From assembly GCA_028534125.1 (NCBI GenBank), contig CM052816.1, forward strand, positions 17,672,001 to 17,736,000: a stretch of 64,000 bases of DNA. The letters run 5' to 3'. The notes below the pieces were generated by a model. That model saw only the letters and a program-made list of their open reading frames with translations, was not told the origin of the DNA and did not search any database. The translations under genes and the position numbers were made by a program. Positions within the stretch are counted from its first letter, which is position 1. Each line of letters begins with the position of its first letter. This document shows, piece after piece, positions 61,600 to 64,000 of the stretch. The DNA is from Lama glama (taxonomy: Eukaryota).

Positions 61600-61790
61600 T
61601 GTCACAGGAACTAAGGGCTTACTATATGCTTAACAAGACACGTGGTAACTTATTTCTTCTTACAACCCACTTGTGGGATGGTTAATGTTTTTCATTTACG
61701 GAAATGGAAGCACTCGAAGAGGTTAAATAACTTGCTCAAGGTCACGTAGCCAGGAAGAGTTGGAGTCTTGCTTCTGTGTCTGCCAGGTCC
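61600..61790 (-). mobile_element. MIR SINE
   Basis: gaggttaaataacttgctcaaggtcacgtagccaggaag. Confidence 0.75.
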
Positions 61791-62989
61791 TGGCCCTCTG
61801 CAACTTCTAAGGGGGAAGATAAAACAGAAGAACTCAGAGAGACAAGTGTTAAAAAACACCGTGGAACATTCTATCCTTAGGTGCAAAGAGAGGACACAGA
61901 CAGAAAGTCCTTTCAAAGCTCCCTTCTTGTCCTAGGCAGGCGTGCTTCTTCTGGCTCTGCATCAGGTGAACCCTACAATGAGTTCTTGGTTTGCTCAGAA
62001 AATATGCCTGAGGCTGTATCCATTGCCAGAGACTGGACCAAGAGCTGATTAGACAGGGCAGGACCAGACACCAGCCTCTCCCGGCTGTGCCCTAGATACC
62101 ATGGAGGATGGGGGAGGAAGACCACAGACTCTTCCTCTGGAGTCCCCAAGGAGGGGAACAGTTGGTCATTCTTTCCTGGGCTGTAACATGTGACCTGAAG
62201 AATGGTAGACAGTGGAAAAAGCATTTCAGGCATGGGATAACCATATAAGAAAGGTCTCCAAGTCTTGGAAGCAGAGTATGGTCAGAAAAATGGTGCTCAA
62301 GTGTGGCTAGAGCAAGGAGCAAGTTGGGGACAGATGTGAGATGGGATAGATGGGGCCGTGTTATGTGGATGCTAGACACCATAATGAGAATATCTAAAAG
62401 ACCAGTAGCTCCCATCCTTTCTTCTACGGTGACTGCCTGACCTAGGTTGTCCTGTGGACTTGCCTGGGGTGATGCTCACCTTATGGGACTGTATTTCTTC
62501 CCCTTAAGATTGCAACTAAGTGAGAGTGCTGTCCTTACTAGACAGCATTGTATCTGTTTTACTGTACAGGAAGATAATGGTCCCTCAAAACTCCTGCTCT
62601 TGGGCCGTAATTGTTTTCCCTAATACAGGCTCACTAATTACTTGGGATACCTCATAATGGGCCAACCTCTCCTACCAGCACTGGTAGCTCTGTTGAGGGC
62701 ATCTGGAAGGGGAGTCCCTGAAGATTGTTAATATGAAGATATGTGAATGTCTTTTTCAGTCTCCTTTCCAGACCCCTGCAGAGCTCCATATAGATTCCTG
62801 TTTTTAATATATTGAATTTTAACGATTCACCTAGAATCCACTGCCACCATGAAGATATCCATAGTGAGAGTGTTTTTTGGTTCAGAGTACCCAGTACACA
62901 CTAGGCGCTCAATGAGTGTGTGAATTATAGATATATAATCATGGCACTTCGGAAGGTGGGTCCAAGGGAGATTGAGCTTGAACCCAGCA

Positions 62990-63670
62990 AGATCTCAATA
63001 AGGAGGTAGTTGCTGTAGATCAGATGAGAAACTATGATGGGTTGGTGAGGAAGGGGAGAGATAACTCTGGGGGTCCCGGAGGGTAGAGAGAAGGGTGAGT
63101 TTGGATGTGGGGAGTAGAGAAAGGAAGGAGTTGGAGATGATGAAGTCTCTGTAGTTACAGGGCGACTAGAAAGGAACACAGAAAGAAGAGATGGTTTGGG
63201 AAGAAAAGGGGTGAGCTAAGTGTAGGGCCTGGGTCACTCTCATAATGCCTGTGGATCATCCTTGGGACAAGGACTGGCAGGCCACTGGATAAAAAGCAGG
63301 AGGCGTGCTTACAGGGGTCCAAGGAGGTGCCAGAAAGGCAGGAAGTTGACTGGGATGGGCAGAGCCAGAATGCCATGGAAACCATAGGGAGAGATGCATT
63401 CAGGAAGGAAAATGTGGACAGGGGACCAGAGGGAGCTGTGAGCCAAGCCAGCTAAGGATGCAGATGTGGCCTTTGGAGTTAGGGGCCTGGAGGTCGTTGG
63501 TCCCCTGGTAAGAGCCGTGTTTGTGGAGTGAAATGATAGAGAAGGACAGCTGGGTGGGATCTCAGGCATCCACACCAATGGGATGAGATCAGATGCAGAA
63601 GAGAACATGTCCACTGCCTCATCTGTCCCCATGCTGGACACCTGAGGATTCTGGGATGATGCAGGGAACA
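62990..63670 (-). mobile_element. L2 LINE fragment
   Basis: Purine-rich; ggtgagtttggatgtgggg...ggtcgttggtcccctggtaagagccgtgtttgtggagtga...aatgggatgagatcag. Confidence 0.65.
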
Positions 63671-64000
63671 TGGGGAACACTTACTCACAGGCTGGGGCTC
63701 TGGCCGGCCCCGTGTGTGTTTTGCCGTTGTTTAAGCTGGACCCTGTGATGAGCCTTGATGAAGTTTACAGCAGTAATTACCCCCTTCTAACCCCCAAGCC
63801 TCTGTCCCTTCCCCGTTGTCTTGTGGGACTAGAGGAAAGTTACCAATGTTAGCTTATCCAGTTTGGTCCAGGGTTTTGAAGGCATCTTCCTGGAGTGAAA
63901 TTGAGTCCTTCAGGACAGTGTTGGTGACAACAGGTGCCATCCAAACAGCTGTAGCTCTAGTATGTAGCTGTTCCCCCCAGGGGAGCTTCTGCCTGAATGG

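Larger units (their letters stand above)
1..64000 (+). other. Non-coding mammalian (probably camelid) sequence, likely the intron of a large + strand gene
   Basis: Dense eutherian repeats, CpG depletion and no long non-repeat ORF or recognisable exon chain. Young L1s and LTRs are all on the - strand and long poly-T tracts are on +. Host gene not identifiable from the sequence. Confidence 0.55.

Noticed and set aside
61140..61600. Unique-looking segment considered as a processed pseudogene
   Set aside because: No recognisable protein similarity in the frames I read, and no poly-A tail or TSD.
1..64000. Prokaryote-type systems (CRISPR arrays, operons, defence islands), tRNA/rRNA genes
   Set aside because: The sequence is clearly mammalian repeat-rich DNA; no regularly spaced repeat-spacer array, gene-dense region or structural RNA gene was seen.

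Overview
Mammalian, apparently entirely non-coding genomic DNA. I could not recognise any complete protein-coding gene, tRNA, rRNA or CRISPR array; nearly all ORFs in the track look spurious or repeat-derived. Much of the window is ancient eutherian interspersed repeat: many MIR and L2 fragments, L3/CR1, old L1 (L1ME/L1MC/L1MD), hAT MITEs (MER5A, MER20, MER58, MER102, MER112) and MaLR/MER21 LTRs. It also carries younger artiodactyl-type L1 3' ends and a MER41-like ERV1 solo LTR. These, plus the absence of recognisable Alu, B1, Bov-tA/BovB, PRE-1, CHR or SINEC elements, suggest a camelid genome (inference). The young L1s, the LTRs and the long poly-T tracts point to the intron of a large gene transcribed on the + strand (inference). 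Between repeats are several repeat-free blocks, rich in homeodomain motifs and retaining CpGs, that look like conserved developmental enhancers. The most notable sequence-level observations are two apparent L1 3' transductions enclosed by target-site duplications (TSDs), an internally deleted near-full-length L1MD, a candidate 36-nt microexon and a candidate alternative terminal exon. All repeat family names come from recalled consensus similarity, not a database search, and boundaries of old repeats are approximate (tens of bp). I found no convincing evidence of a novel multi-gene system.
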